DNA of 64,000 bases from an uncultured Pelagibacteraceae bacterium (GCA_902634325.1 CACPJP010000001.1:30656-94655); one strand, 5' to 3'. Positions 38,281 through 48,579 are shown, numbered from the stretch's first letter. Program-made: numbers and translations. The notes: generated by a model not told the origin, from the sequence alone.

Positions 38281-39206
38281 AAATAAATAAACCAAAGTTT
38301 TGGGATAAAAATTATCTAAATTTATATTCACTAATTTTGTTACCGCTTTCATATATTTATAGAATAACTCTTAAAATAAAAAATTACTTTACAAATAAAA
38401 AAATTTTTTCTGCACCTATAGTCTGTGTGGGAAATATTTATATAGGAGGCACTGGAAAAACTCCTTTGGCTATTATGTTGTATGAATTAATGAAAAACTT
38501 AGCCCGGCCAGTTGTGGTAAAAAAAAATTACAAAAATCAAACTGATGAGTTAGAGCTAATTAAAAAATACACTAAAATAATAACATGTGAAGAAAGAGAA
38601 TCTGGAATAAATAAAGCAATAGAAAAAAAATTTAATTTGATTATCTTAGATGATGGGTTTCAGGATAATAGCGTTGAAAAAGATTTAAATATAGTGTGTT
38701 TCAACTTGAATCAAAAAATTGGAAACGGCCAAGTATTACCTTCTGGGCCTTTAAGGAGCAGTTTGTCTTATCTAAAAAATTGTAACATAGTTATGCTAAA
38801 TGGTAAAAAAGATAATGACTTTGAAGAAAGATTAAAAAAATATAACAGAAATATAAAATTTTTTTATTTTAATTATCATTTGAAAAATTTTGATGAGTTC
38901 AAAAATAAAAAATTAATCTCTTTTGCGGGAATAGGGAATCCTTCAAATTTTTTCGATTTACTGAAGGCTAATAGATTAAATGTAGTTCAGGAAATTGAAT
39001 TTCCAGATCATTATAATTATTCTGAGAAAGAATTAGAAAAACTTATTGAATTAGAAAAAAAATATAATGCAAAACTCATTACAACTGAAAAGGATTACTT
39101 AAGAATTAAATCATTACATAGAAGGAGATTTGGTTTTGTTCCTATTAAAGTCAAGATTGATAAAGAAGATGAACTTATTGAGATAATAAAAAAAATTTTA
39201 AAATGA
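38277..39206 (+). CDS. lpxK: Tetraacyldisaccharide 4'-kinase
   Basis: VCVGNIYIGGTGKTP P-loop and the ILDDGFQ motif. Confidence 0.88.
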   Translation: MKINKPKFWDKNYLNLYSLILLPLSYIYRITLKIKNYFTNKKIFSAPIVCVGNIYIGGTGKTPLAIMLYELMKNLARPVVVKKNYKNQTDELELIKKYTKIITCEERESGINKAIEKKFNLIILDDGFQDNSVEKDLNIVCFNLNQKIGNGQVLPSGPLRSSLSYLKNCNIVMLNGKKDNDFEERLKKYNRNIKFFYFNYHLKNFDEFKNKKLISFAGIGNPSNFFDLLKANRLNVVQEIEFPDHYNYSEKELEKLIELEKKYNAKLITTEKDYLRIKSLHRRRFGFVPIKVKIDKEDELIEIIKKILK

Positions 39207-40078
39207 AAATATTTAAATATTTAATAGAGGCTTTGTTTATATACACTTTGTTTTTTTTATTCAAAATAGTTGGATTAAATTTTTCAAGAAAAATATCTTC
39301 TTTTTTAATAACAAAAATTGGTTTTCTTTTTAGAAAAAAAAAAATAATTAAAAAGAATATATTAAATGTATTCAAAAACTATTCGGATTCAGAAATAGAC
39401 GAGTTAATTAAAAGCATGTGGATAAACTATAGCTATATATTCGCTGAGTATATTTACTTGAACAAGTTTCGTCTAAATAAATTTAAAAAAGAATACATTA
39501 AAGTACATGGGGCAGAAATACTGAACAAAATAAGTAAAGGCAATAAGCCTGCAATATTTATTTCTGGTCACTTTGGAAACTTTGAACTTATGGCCATGGA
39601 ATTAGAAAAAAGAAATATAAATTTATCTGCTATATACAGGCCTTTAAATAATATATTTTTAAATCCTTTAATGGTTTATTTAAGAAAAAAATATATTTGT
39701 AAAAACCAAATAAAAAAAGGTTTGTCTGGAACAAGAGAATCTATAAAATTTCTTAAAAAAAATACTAGTATAGCTTTGATGGTTGACCAAAGAGTGGGTG
39801 AGTCCGATAGGTCTCCTTTTTTTGGAATACCAGCTCATACAACATCTATACCTGCGCAGTTGGCAGTGAAATTTGATTTGGAAATATTCCCAGTGTATTT
39901 GGAAAGAAAAAATGATAGTTCATTTTATATGGAAATTCAGGAGCCCATAAAGATTGATAGAACAGAAAATATAGAAGAAGATAAAAAAAAAATAACAATC
40001 AAAATTAATCAGACAATTGAAAAAATGGTGTTAAGAAACCCGGGTCAGTGGATTTGGACTCATAGCAGATGGAAATAA
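39203..40078 (+). CDS. lpxL: Lipid A biosynthesis lauroyl/late acyltransferase
   Basis: N-terminal TM anchor, SGHFGNFE (H-x4-E/D acyltransferase motif) and a C-terminal NPGQWIWTHSRWK ending. Confidence 0.8.
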   Translation: MKIFKYLIEALFIYTLFFLFKIVGLNFSRKISSFLITKIGFLFRKKKIIKKNILNVFKNYSDSEIDELIKSMWINYSYIFAEYIYLNKFRLNKFKKEYIKVHGAEILNKISKGNKPAIFISGHFGNFELMAMELEKRNINLSAIYRPLNNIFLNPLMVYLRKKYICKNQIKKGLSGTRESIKFLKKNTSIALMVDQRVGESDRSPFFGIPAHTTSIPAQLAVKFDLEIFPVYLERKNDSSFYMEIQEPIKIDRTENIEEDKKKITIKINQTIEKMVLRNPGQWIWTHSRWK

Positions 40079-40279
40079 TTATTTTTGTTTTCTAATTTCT
40101 TCGAACCTTTTTTTGGCTTCTTTAGGCGAATAATAAGCTTCTTGCAATTCAACATTCCAATAAACTAATTTATCTAAAGATATTTTTTTTCCTGAAACAG
40201 CACAAACAACATAATCCCCTTTCTCAATAATATCGAAACTATTGGGATGAAATTTAAGTTTTGCTTTATTTCCGTTCAT
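40079..40279 (-). CDS. Small conserved alphaproteobacterial protein (DUF2093-like)
   Basis: 66 aa. GDYVVCAVSGKKISLDKLVYWNVELQEAYY (family name from memory). Confidence 0.45.
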   Translation of the reverse strand: MNGNKAKLKFHPNSFDIIEKGDYVVCAVSGKKISLDKLVYWNVELQEAYYSPKEAKKRFEEIRKQK

Positions 40280-40310
40280 GCTAATTTAATCATCGAGGTT
40301 TCTACAATAT

Positions 40311-41576
40311 ATGAATTTAGCTGTTATAGGAAGCGGTGGTCGTGAACACGCAATTTGTCATAAACTGAGCCTTTCAAAAAAAATAGAAAAATTAATCTGT
40401 ATACCCGGGAATGCTGGTACCAAAGAAATAGCAGAAAATATAAAGATAGATATTGGCAATTTTGAAGAAATCTACAGCATAATTAAAAAAAAAAATATAG
40501 ACATCGTTATTGTTGGCCCTGAACAACCATTAACTGATGGAATCGCAGATTACTTGAAAGAAAGATCGGTAAGAGTACTTGGCCCAGGAAAGTTTGCTTC
40601 TCAACTTGAGGGTTCGAAAGCCTTCATGAAAAATTTATGTAAGGCAAACAATATTCCTACTGCAAATTATGGTATCTTCGATAACTTAGAGGATGCCAAA
40701 GATTTCATAAAAAAAAGTACCATTCCTATAGTGGTTAAAGCTGATGGTTTGGCAGCAGGGAAAGGTGTTACTGTATGCGAATCAATTGATGAAGCACTGA
40801 AACAAACAAAAGAAATTTTAGAAGGAAAATTCAAATCCTCAAAAAAAGTGGTTTTGGAAGAATTTCTTGAGGGAGAAGAATTAAGCTATTTTGTATTAGT
40901 AGACAAAAACTCTTATCATTTTTTTGGCTCTGCTCAAGATCATAAAAGAGTCGGCGAAGGAGATACAGGTCCAAATACTGGTGGAATGGGTGCTTATTCA
41001 CCCGCAAGATTACTAACAAATGATCTAGAAAAAAAGATTAAAAAAAAAATTATAGAGCCGACATTAAAAGCGATGAAAAATTTGGGTTATCCTTATGAAG
41101 GTTTTTTGTATGCAGGATTGATGATAAATAATAAAGAACCTTACTTAATTGAGTACAATATAAGAATGGGAGATCCAGAGTGCCAGGTTTTAATGATGAA
41201 GCTAAAAACAGATCTTCTTCAAATTGTAGATTGTGCAACAAAAAATAATTTAAAAAACCTAAAAATAAAATGGGATAAAAAGAAATGCATAACAATTGTT
41301 TTGTGTGCGAATGGGTACCCTGGTAAATATATCAAGGATAAAGAAATTAAAAATCTATCTACAATAATTTCTGATGAAAATAATCAAATCTTTCATGCGG
41401 GAACCTATGAGAAAGATAATAAGATCTTATCAATAGGTGGTAGGGTTCTTAATATTACTTGTTCCGCTGAAAGTTTGAATAAAGCTAGAACACAATCTTT
41501 AAACAATTTAAAAAAAATAAATTGGACCGATGGTTTTTTTAGAAAAGATATAGGCTGGAGAGCAATAAAAAAATAA
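40311..41576 (+). CDS. purD: Phosphoribosylamine-glycine ligase
   Basis: VIGSGGREHAI, VVKADGLAAGKGV, GPNTGGMGAY and EYNIRMGDPE motifs. Confidence 0.95.
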   Translation: MNLAVIGSGGREHAICHKLSLSKKIEKLICIPGNAGTKEIAENIKIDIGNFEEIYSIIKKKNIDIVIVGPEQPLTDGIADYLKERSVRVLGPGKFASQLEGSKAFMKNLCKANNIPTANYGIFDNLEDAKDFIKKSTIPIVVKADGLAAGKGVTVCESIDEALKQTKEILEGKFKSSKKVVLEEFLEGEELSYFVLVDKNSYHFFGSAQDHKRVGEGDTGPNTGGMGAYSPARLLTNDLEKKIKKKIIEPTLKAMKNLGYPYEGFLYAGLMINNKEPYLIEYNIRMGDPECQVLMMKLKTDLLQIVDCATKNNLKNLKIKWDKKKCITIVLCANGYPGKYIKDKEIKNLSTIISDENNQIFHAGTYEKDNKILSIGGRVLNITCSAESLNKARTQSLNNLKKINWTDGFFRKDIGWRAIKK

Positions 41577-42139
41577 TGCGTATAATTAGCGGTAAGTATA
41601 GAAATAAAAAAATTGATTTTCTAAAAAATTTAAAAACAAGGCCACTAAAAGATAGTGTTAGAGAAAATATTTTTAACATTTTAAAACACTCAAAAAATAT
41701 TAAAGTAAAAATTGAAGATTCTAATATTATGGATTTATATGCTGGAACTGGCGCATTCGGTCTCGAATGTTTGTCAAGAGAAGCTTCAAAAGTTTTTTTT
41801 GTTGAAAAAGATAAAGAAGCAATAATTAATTTAAAAAAAAATATTAAAAATCTTAAACTTGAAAATAAATCAATAATTTTTGATGAAGATATATTTAAAT
41901 TTTCAAAAAATTTAAAATTTGAAAAAAAATTTGATATAATTTTTTTAGATCCTCCATATAAAGATGAAGGGTATATTGATGTAATTAAAATTTTAAAAGA
42001 TAAAAATCTTTTAAATAAAAATCACATCATAATAACCCACAGGGAAAAAAGATCTAATTTAAAATTAAATAAATATATTAATATTATCGAAAGTAGAATA
42101 TACGGTAGATCAGAAATTTTCTTTGGAAGTTTTTTTTGA
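41576..42139 (+). CDS. rsmD: 16S rRNA (guanine966-N2)-methyltransferase
   Basis: MRIISGKYR, TRPLKDSVRENIFN, DLYAGTGAFGLE and LDPPY motifs. Confidence 0.85.
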   Translation: MRIISGKYRNKKIDFLKNLKTRPLKDSVRENIFNILKHSKNIKVKIEDSNIMDLYAGTGAFGLECLSREASKVFFVEKDKEAIINLKKNIKNLKLENKSIIFDEDIFKFSKNLKFEKKFDIIFLDPPYKDEGYIDVIKILKDKNLLNKNHIIITHREKRSNLKLNKYINIIESRIYGRSEIFFGSFF

Positions 42140-43258
42140 ATTTAGAAATTTTTTTGTTAAAATTTTAACCTTTTCTACAGCTGGTTGATCGAATGGATTT
42201 ACCTTCATTATTTTTCCAAGCGCTATAGTCTCAAAAATAAATAATAAAAGCAATTCACGTAATGTGTTTTCGTCAAATTTTTTTACTTTTATTTCTCTAA
42301 ACGGAATTTTTTTCTTTTTTAAGACTTCAAGAAATGCATTTTTCTGTGAAAGAATGACATCCTGATAACTTTTTCCTTTTAAATATTCCATTTCTTTTCC
42401 AAAAAAATCACAATTTAATTTTAGTTTTTTATAGTTTTTGGAACTAAATACATAAAAAATTTTATCTCTAGGACCATCTAAATATAATTGTAATAAGCTG
42501 TGGTGATCCTTTGGAGAATTTGAAACTACTGGGATAAACCCTTTATTATTTTTCCCCAAGCTTTCTGCCAAGAGTTGTTGGCACCAAAATAGAAAGTCGT
42601 TTAGCTCTGGAATATAATTGAAAAAAATTAGAACCTTTATTTTTTTTTTATTAATGTTTGATAAATTTTTTATGGAATTTGACAATATCTTTCTATTTTC
42701 TAAAAATTCTGGTAATTTTTTTTTAAATTTTTTTAGGTTTAAGCCCATTAAATATGCTGGCACCATTCCTGCCTCAGAAAATATAGAGTACCTTCCCCCA
42801 ATGTTATGATTGTGTTTAAAAAAAACAAAATTTTTTTTTCTTGCAAACTTAGATAAAATATTATTTTTGTTTTCTGATATAACGATAACATTAGATTTTT
42901 TTAAAAAAGATTTAAAATAACTTGAATTTATAATTGTTTCACTGGTATTGCCAGATTTTGAAATTAGTAAAAAAAGGGTTTTTGAGAGATTTTCTTCTTT
43001 ATGAATTTTTTTTAAAAAACCTTGGTCTAAATTATCAATAAAAATAAATTTTTTTTTAATTTTGTGTTTTAAAAATGAATAAATAGCTTTTGATCCAAGT
43101 ATTGAACCTCCCATACCAATTATAATTACTGTTTGAAATTTTTTGAACTTTTTGATCTTTTGAAAATGAAAGTTATTTATACTTTCTGGCAGAAATGATT
43201 TGAATAAATGATTTTCGTTTTTTATAATCTCATTCTTTATATTAACTCCAGAAATCAT
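42110..43258 (-). CDS. pgi: Glucose-6-phosphate isomerase (short form, 382 aa)
   Basis: GMGGSILGSKA, SKSGNTSET and IGGRYSIFSEAG SIS-domain motifs. It is noticeably shorter than the 450-550 aa typical of bacterial PGI. Confidence 0.8.
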   Translation of the reverse strand: MISGVNIKNEIIKNENHLFKSFLPESINNFHFQKIKKFKKFQTVIIIGMGGSILGSKAIYSFLKHKIKKKFIFIDNLDQGFLKKIHKEENLSKTLFLLISKSGNTSETIINSSYFKSFLKKSNVIVISENKNNILSKFARKKNFVFFKHNHNIGGRYSIFSEAGMVPAYLMGLNLKKFKKKLPEFLENRKILSNSIKNLSNINKKKIKVLIFFNYIPELNDFLFWCQQLLAESLGKNNKGFIPVVSNSPKDHHSLLQLYLDGPRDKIFYVFSSKNYKKLKLNCDFFGKEMEYLKGKSYQDVILSQKNAFLEVLKKKKIPFREIKVKKFDENTLRELLLLFIFETIALGKIMKVNPFDQPAVEKVKILTKKFLNSKKTSKENF

Positions 43259-43259
43259 G

Positions 43260-43562
43260 TTATTTTTTATTTTTTAATTCCTTTAGTATCAGATCCTCTA
43301 ATTTGGAATTAACTTTTGAACTCTCACTAGATTGCGTAGAGGTCCCTAGAGCAGATTGAATTTTATTTCCCTTTTTCGTCTCCTTGCTATTTGGTAATGG
43401 AAGTGTTTCATATTCTGGAGGCAAAATTAATGGATCTTTTTTCTTTACAAGAAACTCGTCTGTTGTTTTTTTCTTTGCTCCAGTCATCGTATCTTGAAAA
43501 GCTTTGCAGTTATTTACGGAAACAAGAATTAATAACAAAAAAATTATTTTTAAATATTTCAT
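43260..43562 (-). CDS. Small lipoprotein next to lspA (DUF3035-like)
   Basis: Signal peptide ending in ...SVNNC, then DEFLVKKKDPLILPPEYETLPLP (family name from memory). Confidence 0.5.
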   Translation of the reverse strand: MKYLKIIFLLLILVSVNNCKAFQDTMTGAKKKTTDEFLVKKKDPLILPPEYETLPLPNSKETKKGNKIQSALGTSTQSSESSKVNSKLEDLILKELKNKK

Positions 43563-44059
43563 ATTTTTTTCCTAAATAAAAATTCTTTAATAACCATACC
43601 CAAGATTCCTAAAGAGATAAAAACATCAGCAAAATTAAACGTAAACCAATGAAAATCTTCTATGTGAAAGTCAATAAAATCGGGAACAGCAAAATATGTA
43701 AGTCTATCATATACATTGCCAATTGCTCCGCCTATTATAAAAGATATTATTATTTTTCCGTAATTATCTGAAGTTACCATTAAATAAATTAAATATACTA
43801 TTATTAGCAAAATTAAGGCAGAAACTATATGATAAAATAAATTTGCATTTGAGCTTAATAAACCAAAAGCAATGCCCCTGTTCCAATTTAATGTTAAATT
43901 TAAAAAATCGTACAAAAATATATCATTTCCTTTTAATTGAATTGTATTAATTATGTATATTTTTGAAAATCTATCTATCCCAAAAATAAATAATATCGAA
44001 ACTAAACTATAAATATCAATTTTTTGTATTTTTATTTTATTTTTAAACATCTTGAACAC
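43559..44059 (-). CDS. lspA: Lipoprotein signal peptidase (signal peptidase II)
   Basis: NRGIAFGLL, GGAIGNVYDRL and FNFADVFISLG motifs. The start may be one of two nearby Met codons. Confidence 0.9.
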   Translation of the reverse strand: MFKMFKNKIKIQKIDIYSLVSILFIFGIDRFSKIYIINTIQLKGNDIFLYDFLNLTLNWNRGIAFGLLSSNANLFYHIVSALILLIIVYLIYLMVTSDNYGKIIISFIIGGAIGNVYDRLTYFAVPDFIDFHIEDFHWFTFNFADVFISLGILGMVIKEFLFRKKI

Positions 44060-46752
44060 TTATTGCTTTTAACTTCCTTCACAATTTTCCAACACCTAGA
44101 GCATTTTATACCTTTTGCTTTTTTTACAATCACGGATGTATCTTTTTCTTTAGAAATATTTTGATTAACGTTAGAAGTAATAAATAATTCTTTTGTATCA
44201 ACTTCTTTTAAAAGATCAAACTCAGGTTTTGATAAAGTAATTTCAACATCGGCCTCAAGGCTTGATCCTATTATTTTGTTTGACCTTTTTTCTTCTATTG
44301 CAAGATTAACTTTTTGTCTGATAACCAACAATTTTTTCCACTTTGTAAATAAGACTTCGTTTTTCCATTGGTGCGGAATTTCTGTAAAGTTTTCTTCGTG
44401 AATACTTATTTTTTTATCTTTTTTAACCAACTCATTAATTTCTTCAGTAGTAAATGAAAGAACGGGAGCGTACCACTTTATCAAACATTCTAAAATTATA
44501 TTTAACAAATAAACACAAGATTTTCTTTTTTCTGAGTTTATATCATCACAATACAAAACATCTTTTCTTATATCAAAATAAAATGAAGATAAGTCCAGAG
44601 CACAAAAATTTAAAAGATCTTTTTGAAGTTTGTGAAAATTGTAGGTTTTTAAATTCTTTTTAATTTCCTCGTTTAAAAGAAATAGCTTATGTAAAATTAA
44701 CTTTTCAAGCTCAGGAAGGTCCTGATACTTAACTTTTTTAAAGTCTACTGGTTTAAAATCATCTTTCAAATTGCCCAATATAAACCTAAAAGTATTCCTT
44801 ATTTTTCTGTAGGACTCTGCGTGCTGTTCCAGTATAGAATGGTCTATTCTCAAGTCCTCAGCATAATCTGAAGAAGCAACCCATAATCTTAAAATATCCG
44901 CGCCATATTTTTTCAAAATGTCTTCTGGTGAAATAATGTTGCCCGAGGATTTTGACATTTTCATTCCCTTTCCATCGACAACAAAACCGTGAGATAAAAT
45001 GCTATCGAAAGGAGCTCGGCCTCTAGTTCCGCATGATTCTAGAAGAGACGAATGAAACCAACCTCGATGTTGATCAGAACCTTCGAGATACATAGACGCA
45101 GGCCATTTCAAATCTTTTCTCTTCTCTAAAACGAAAGAGTGTGTTGAACCACTATCAAACCAAACTTCAACTATATCGTTTGATTTTATGTAGTCTTCTT
45201 TTTTATATTTTGTCCCTAAAAATTTTTGAGGGTCATCATAAAACCAACAATCGGATCCTTCTTTTTCATAAATCTTAGCTATATTTTCCACAACTTCAGA
45301 ATCTCTCAAGGGTTCATTTGTCTTTTTGTTTACAAAAATTGGTAATGGAACTCCCCATGATCTTTGTCTCGAAATACACCAATCAGGACGAGTTTCGATC
45401 ATGGACCTTATTCTTGCTTTTCCTTTTTCCGGATAGAATGCGGTCTGATCAATGGAATCTAATGCTTTTTTTCTAAGTTTATGACTTTCCATTGAAATAA
45501 ACCATTGTGGCGTTGCTCTATGCACAAGGGGAGCCTTGGATCTCCAAGAATGGGGGTAGCTATGAATTAAAGTGCCGCTTCCTAAGAGATTTTTTTGTTC
45601 TTGTAAATTTTTTATAATAATTTCATCTGCTTTAAAAACATGTGTTCCTTCAAAAACAGGTATGTTTTTTGTGTATCTACCATCATTATTAACTGTCTCA
45701 ACAGCTTTCATTCCATGTTTTAAACATAAATTAAAATCATCTGGACCATGACTAGGGGCACAATGAACAATCCCAGTGCCTTGTTCTAAAGTAACAAAAT
45801 CTGCCTCAAACATTGGGACGTCGAAGTTATATCCTAATTTTTTAAAAGGATGGGAACACAAAGTATTTTTGAATGCATCACCTTTAAAAGATTTTAAAAT
45901 TTTGAATTTACCCAGTGAACAATCTTCTGCTAAAGAATTGACTAATTTTTCAGCAACAATGATCTTTTTGTTATCAAGCGCCAAAACAGAATAGTTGATA
46001 TCTTTGTTGTAAGCCAAAGCCTTATTTGCTGGAATTGTCCAGGGTGTAGTTGTCCAAATAATAATTGAAGCATCTTTTAAAAAATCTTTATCTGATTTTT
46101 TTATTTGAAACGCTGCGTATATGGTGTTTGATTTATGATCTTTGTATTCCACTTCAGCATCTGCCAACGCTGTTTTTTCTACCGTTGACCACAATACAGG
46201 TTTGAATCCTCGATAAAGACTGCCTTCTAAAAGAAATTTTCCCAACTCTCTTACAATTTGAGCCTCTGCATCAAAGCTCATGGTAGAATAATAATTCTCC
46301 CAGTCACCGATGACACCTAGCCTTTTAAATTCCTTTTTGTGAATACCAATCCATTTTTCTGCAAACTCTCTACATTCTTTTCGAAACTCTTTTGTTGGAA
46401 CTTCATCTTTATTTTTTTTCTTTTTTTTATATTCCTCCTCAATTTTCCATTCTATAGGTAATCCATGACAGTCCCAACCCGGAACATAAATTGAGTCCTT
46501 GTTGTTCATCTGATGAAATTTTGTAACAATATCTTTTAAAATTTTATTTAATGCCGTACCCATATGAATATGACCATTTGCGTAGGGCGGACCATCATGA
46601 AGTATAAATTTTTCTTTTCCTTCTGATTTTTTTCTTAACTTCTCGTAAAGTTTTGTCTTATCCCAAGATTCTAAAATTTTTGGCTCTTTAGAAGGAAGAT
46701 TCGCTTTCATAGAAAAAGCTGTTTTAGGAAGTTGTAAGTTATTTTCAGACAT
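44032..46752 (-). CDS. ileS: Isoleucyl-tRNA synthetase
   Basis: 906 aa. PPYANGHIHMG (HIGH), KMSKS, CP1 editing domain and C-terminal Zn knuckles CSRCWK...CSRC. Confidence 0.97.
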   Translation of the reverse strand: MSENNLQLPKTAFSMKANLPSKEPKILESWDKTKLYEKLRKKSEGKEKFILHDGPPYANGHIHMGTALNKILKDIVTKFHQMNNKDSIYVPGWDCHGLPIEWKIEEEYKKKKKNKDEVPTKEFRKECREFAEKWIGIHKKEFKRLGVIGDWENYYSTMSFDAEAQIVRELGKFLLEGSLYRGFKPVLWSTVEKTALADAEVEYKDHKSNTIYAAFQIKKSDKDFLKDASIIIWTTTPWTIPANKALAYNKDINYSVLALDNKKIIVAEKLVNSLAEDCSLGKFKILKSFKGDAFKNTLCSHPFKKLGYNFDVPMFEADFVTLEQGTGIVHCAPSHGPDDFNLCLKHGMKAVETVNNDGRYTKNIPVFEGTHVFKADEIIIKNLQEQKNLLGSGTLIHSYPHSWRSKAPLVHRATPQWFISMESHKLRKKALDSIDQTAFYPEKGKARIRSMIETRPDWCISRQRSWGVPLPIFVNKKTNEPLRDSEVVENIAKIYEKEGSDCWFYDDPQKFLGTKYKKEDYIKSNDIVEVWFDSGSTHSFVLEKRKDLKWPASMYLEGSDQHRGWFHSSLLESCGTRGRAPFDSILSHGFVVDGKGMKMSKSSGNIISPEDILKKYGADILRLWVASSDYAEDLRIDHSILEQHAESYRKIRNTFRFILGNLKDDFKPVDFKKVKYQDLPELEKLILHKLFLLNEEIKKNLKTYNFHKLQKDLLNFCALDLSSFYFDIRKDVLYCDDINSEKRKSCVYLLNIILECLIKWYAPVLSFTTEEINELVKKDKKISIHEENFTEIPHQWKNEVLFTKWKKLLVIRQKVNLAIEEKRSNKIIGSSLEADVEITLSKPEFDLLKEVDTKELFITSNVNQNISKEKDTSVIVKKAKGIKCSRCWKIVKEVKSNKCSRCLKIK

Positions 46753-47665
46753 CTAAATTACTTGCGTTTCTAATATCTTTTTTAATTTGCTTTTTTAATT
46801 GAATAATGTTTTTAAATTTTTTTTCTTTCCTAATAAATTTAATTAACATTACTTTTATTCTTTTATCATATAAATTTTTTTTCAGACCAAAAATATGAGC
46901 TTCTAACAGAAGTGTATTTTTTCCAAAAGTTGGCCTATAACCTATATTTACTATGCCCTTTTTTTTAGTTTTTTTATCTATAACTATTTTGGCAGAGTAA
47001 ACTCCAAGTTTTGGTATTATGTAGTTTTTAAAATCTAAATTACATGTTGGAAAACCAATTTTTCTTCCTCTTTTTTCACCTCTCTTGACGACACCTTCTA
47101 TTGTCCAAAATCTACCAAGCAGCTTATTTGCATAATCAATTTTGCCTTTTGTAATATTTTTTCTTATTAGTGTTGATGAGATTACAGAACCTTTTTTATT
47201 TAAAGGAGCAATTGTATTAGTTTTGTATTGAAAAAATTTTTCTTTATTTTTGAGTAATTTTATATTCCCGGCTCTATTTTTTCCAAATCTAAAGTTCTGG
47301 CTTATAAAAATTAATTTTGTTTTCAACTTTTTATAAAGAATTTTTTCTATAAAATCTTCTGATCTTATATTTGAAAATTTTTTATCAAATTTCTTAACTA
47401 TTAAAAAATCTATTCCATACTTTTTTGATGAATTAATTTTTTGCCACAAAGAATCTATTCTATGATTTTTTAATTTCTTATTAAAAAACATTACTGGCAA
47501 AGGTTGGAATACCATTAAACCAAATTTAAGATTATTTCTTTTTGCGATTTGCTTTCCTTTTTTTATCACTCTCTGATGTCCCAAATGAAAGCCATCAAAG
47601 TTACCTATGGCAATTGCTGAATTTTGAAATTTTTTTTCAATATTAAAATTTTTATAAATTTTCAT
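46745..47665 (-). CDS. ribF: Bifunctional riboflavin kinase / FMN adenylyltransferase
   Basis: IAIGNFDGFHLGHQ and the C-terminal riboflavin kinase GEKRGRKIGFPTCN motif. Confidence 0.92.
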   Translation of the reverse strand: MKIYKNFNIEKKFQNSAIAIGNFDGFHLGHQRVIKKGKQIAKRNNLKFGLMVFQPLPVMFFNKKLKNHRIDSLWQKINSSKKYGIDFLIVKKFDKKFSNIRSEDFIEKILYKKLKTKLIFISQNFRFGKNRAGNIKLLKNKEKFFQYKTNTIAPLNKKGSVISSTLIRKNITKGKIDYANKLLGRFWTIEGVVKRGEKRGRKIGFPTCNLDFKNYIIPKLGVYSAKIVIDKKTKKKGIVNIGYRPTFGKNTLLLEAHIFGLKKNLYDKRIKVMLIKFIRKEKKFKNIIQLKKQIKKDIRNASNLDV

Positions 47666-48478
47666 CTACCAAGTTAATTCGTTTTGAAAGTAGTTAGCTG
47701 AAACATTATGTTTTTTTAGTAATTCCTCTATACCCTCTTCATTATTTATTTTAGATTTGTGTATTCCGCTAGTGATAAATATAGAGTCTAGATTCATACT
47801 ATTCGCACCCTTAATATCTGTTTCAAGATTGTCCCCAATTACTAAAGTTCTTTGATTCACATCCAGACACGAAAGGTAGACTTCTTTGTGAGGTTTTCCA
47901 AAATATATTACCTCTCCACCTAAATTTTCAAAAATTTCGGCAACTTTACCTGCGCAATATTCTTCTACTCCTCCTCTGTGAACGGTTAAATCTGGATTTG
48001 TACATATTAATTTTTTTTTTGTAAAATCTTTTAAAAGGTCTTCATAATATTTTAAATTTTCTTCCTCTTCGTCAAATAGTCCTGTACACAAAATAAAATC
48101 ACACTTCTCAAGTGTGGTTTCATCTTTTTTCATATCAAAAAATAAAGAATCGTCTCTTTCAGGACCTAAATGATAAAATTTTTCACCAAATTTTTTTTTC
48201 TTAAGAGAGTTCAGCGCTGCTTCTCCAGAAGTTAAAACATTTTTAAGAAATTTTTCTTCCATTTTTAATTTTTTCAAAAATTCTACAACTTTTTTTGTTG
48301 GACGAGGAGCATTTGACAAAAAGATAATTCTTTTGTCTTTCTCTTCAAGTTTTTTAACCACATTTATCGCAGATGCGTTTAGCCTAATCCCATTATGCAT
48401 AACCCCCCACAAATCGATTAGAAAGGCATCATATTCGTTGTAAATTTTGTATAGATGGTCTAATTTTTTAATTTTCAT
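47666..48478 (-). CDS. HAD-superfamily hydrolase (subfamily IIA-like)
   Basis: FLIDLWGVMHNG (DxxG-type motif I), LSNAPRP, and GDNLETDIKGA motif IV. Confidence 0.7.
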   Translation of the reverse strand: MKIKKLDHLYKIYNEYDAFLIDLWGVMHNGIRLNASAINVVKKLEEKDKRIIFLSNAPRPTKKVVEFLKKLKMEEKFLKNVLTSGEAALNSLKKKKFGEKFYHLGPERDDSLFFDMKKDETTLEKCDFILCTGLFDEEEENLKYYEDLLKDFTKKKLICTNPDLTVHRGGVEEYCAGKVAEIFENLGGEVIYFGKPHKEVYLSCLDVNQRTLVIGDNLETDIKGANSMNLDSIFITSGIHKSKINNEEGIEELLKKHNVSANYFQNELTW

Positions 48479-48521
48479 AGGAAATTCAAGGTTTTTTGAT
48501 TAACTTTTTTTTTATCATACT

Positions 48522-48549
48522 CTTGAAATATTCTAAATACATACCATAT
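48522..48549 (+). promoter_or_regulatory. Candidate sigma-32 (RpoH) heat-shock promoter of groESL
   Basis: CTTGAAA (48522-48528), a 13-nt spacer, then TACCATAT (48542-48549), compared with the consensus CTTGAAA-N13-15-CCCCATNT. It lies 30 nt upstream of the groES ATG. No CIRCE inverted repeat is present. Confidence 0.45.
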
Positions 48550-48579
48550 TTCTCAATATTATAAATTATAGGAGTTTTC

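Noticed and set aside
48479-48579. CIRCE heat-shock operator upstream of groES
   Set aside because: I looked for the TTAGCACTC-N9-GAGTGCTAA inverted repeat and found no match, not even a degenerate one.
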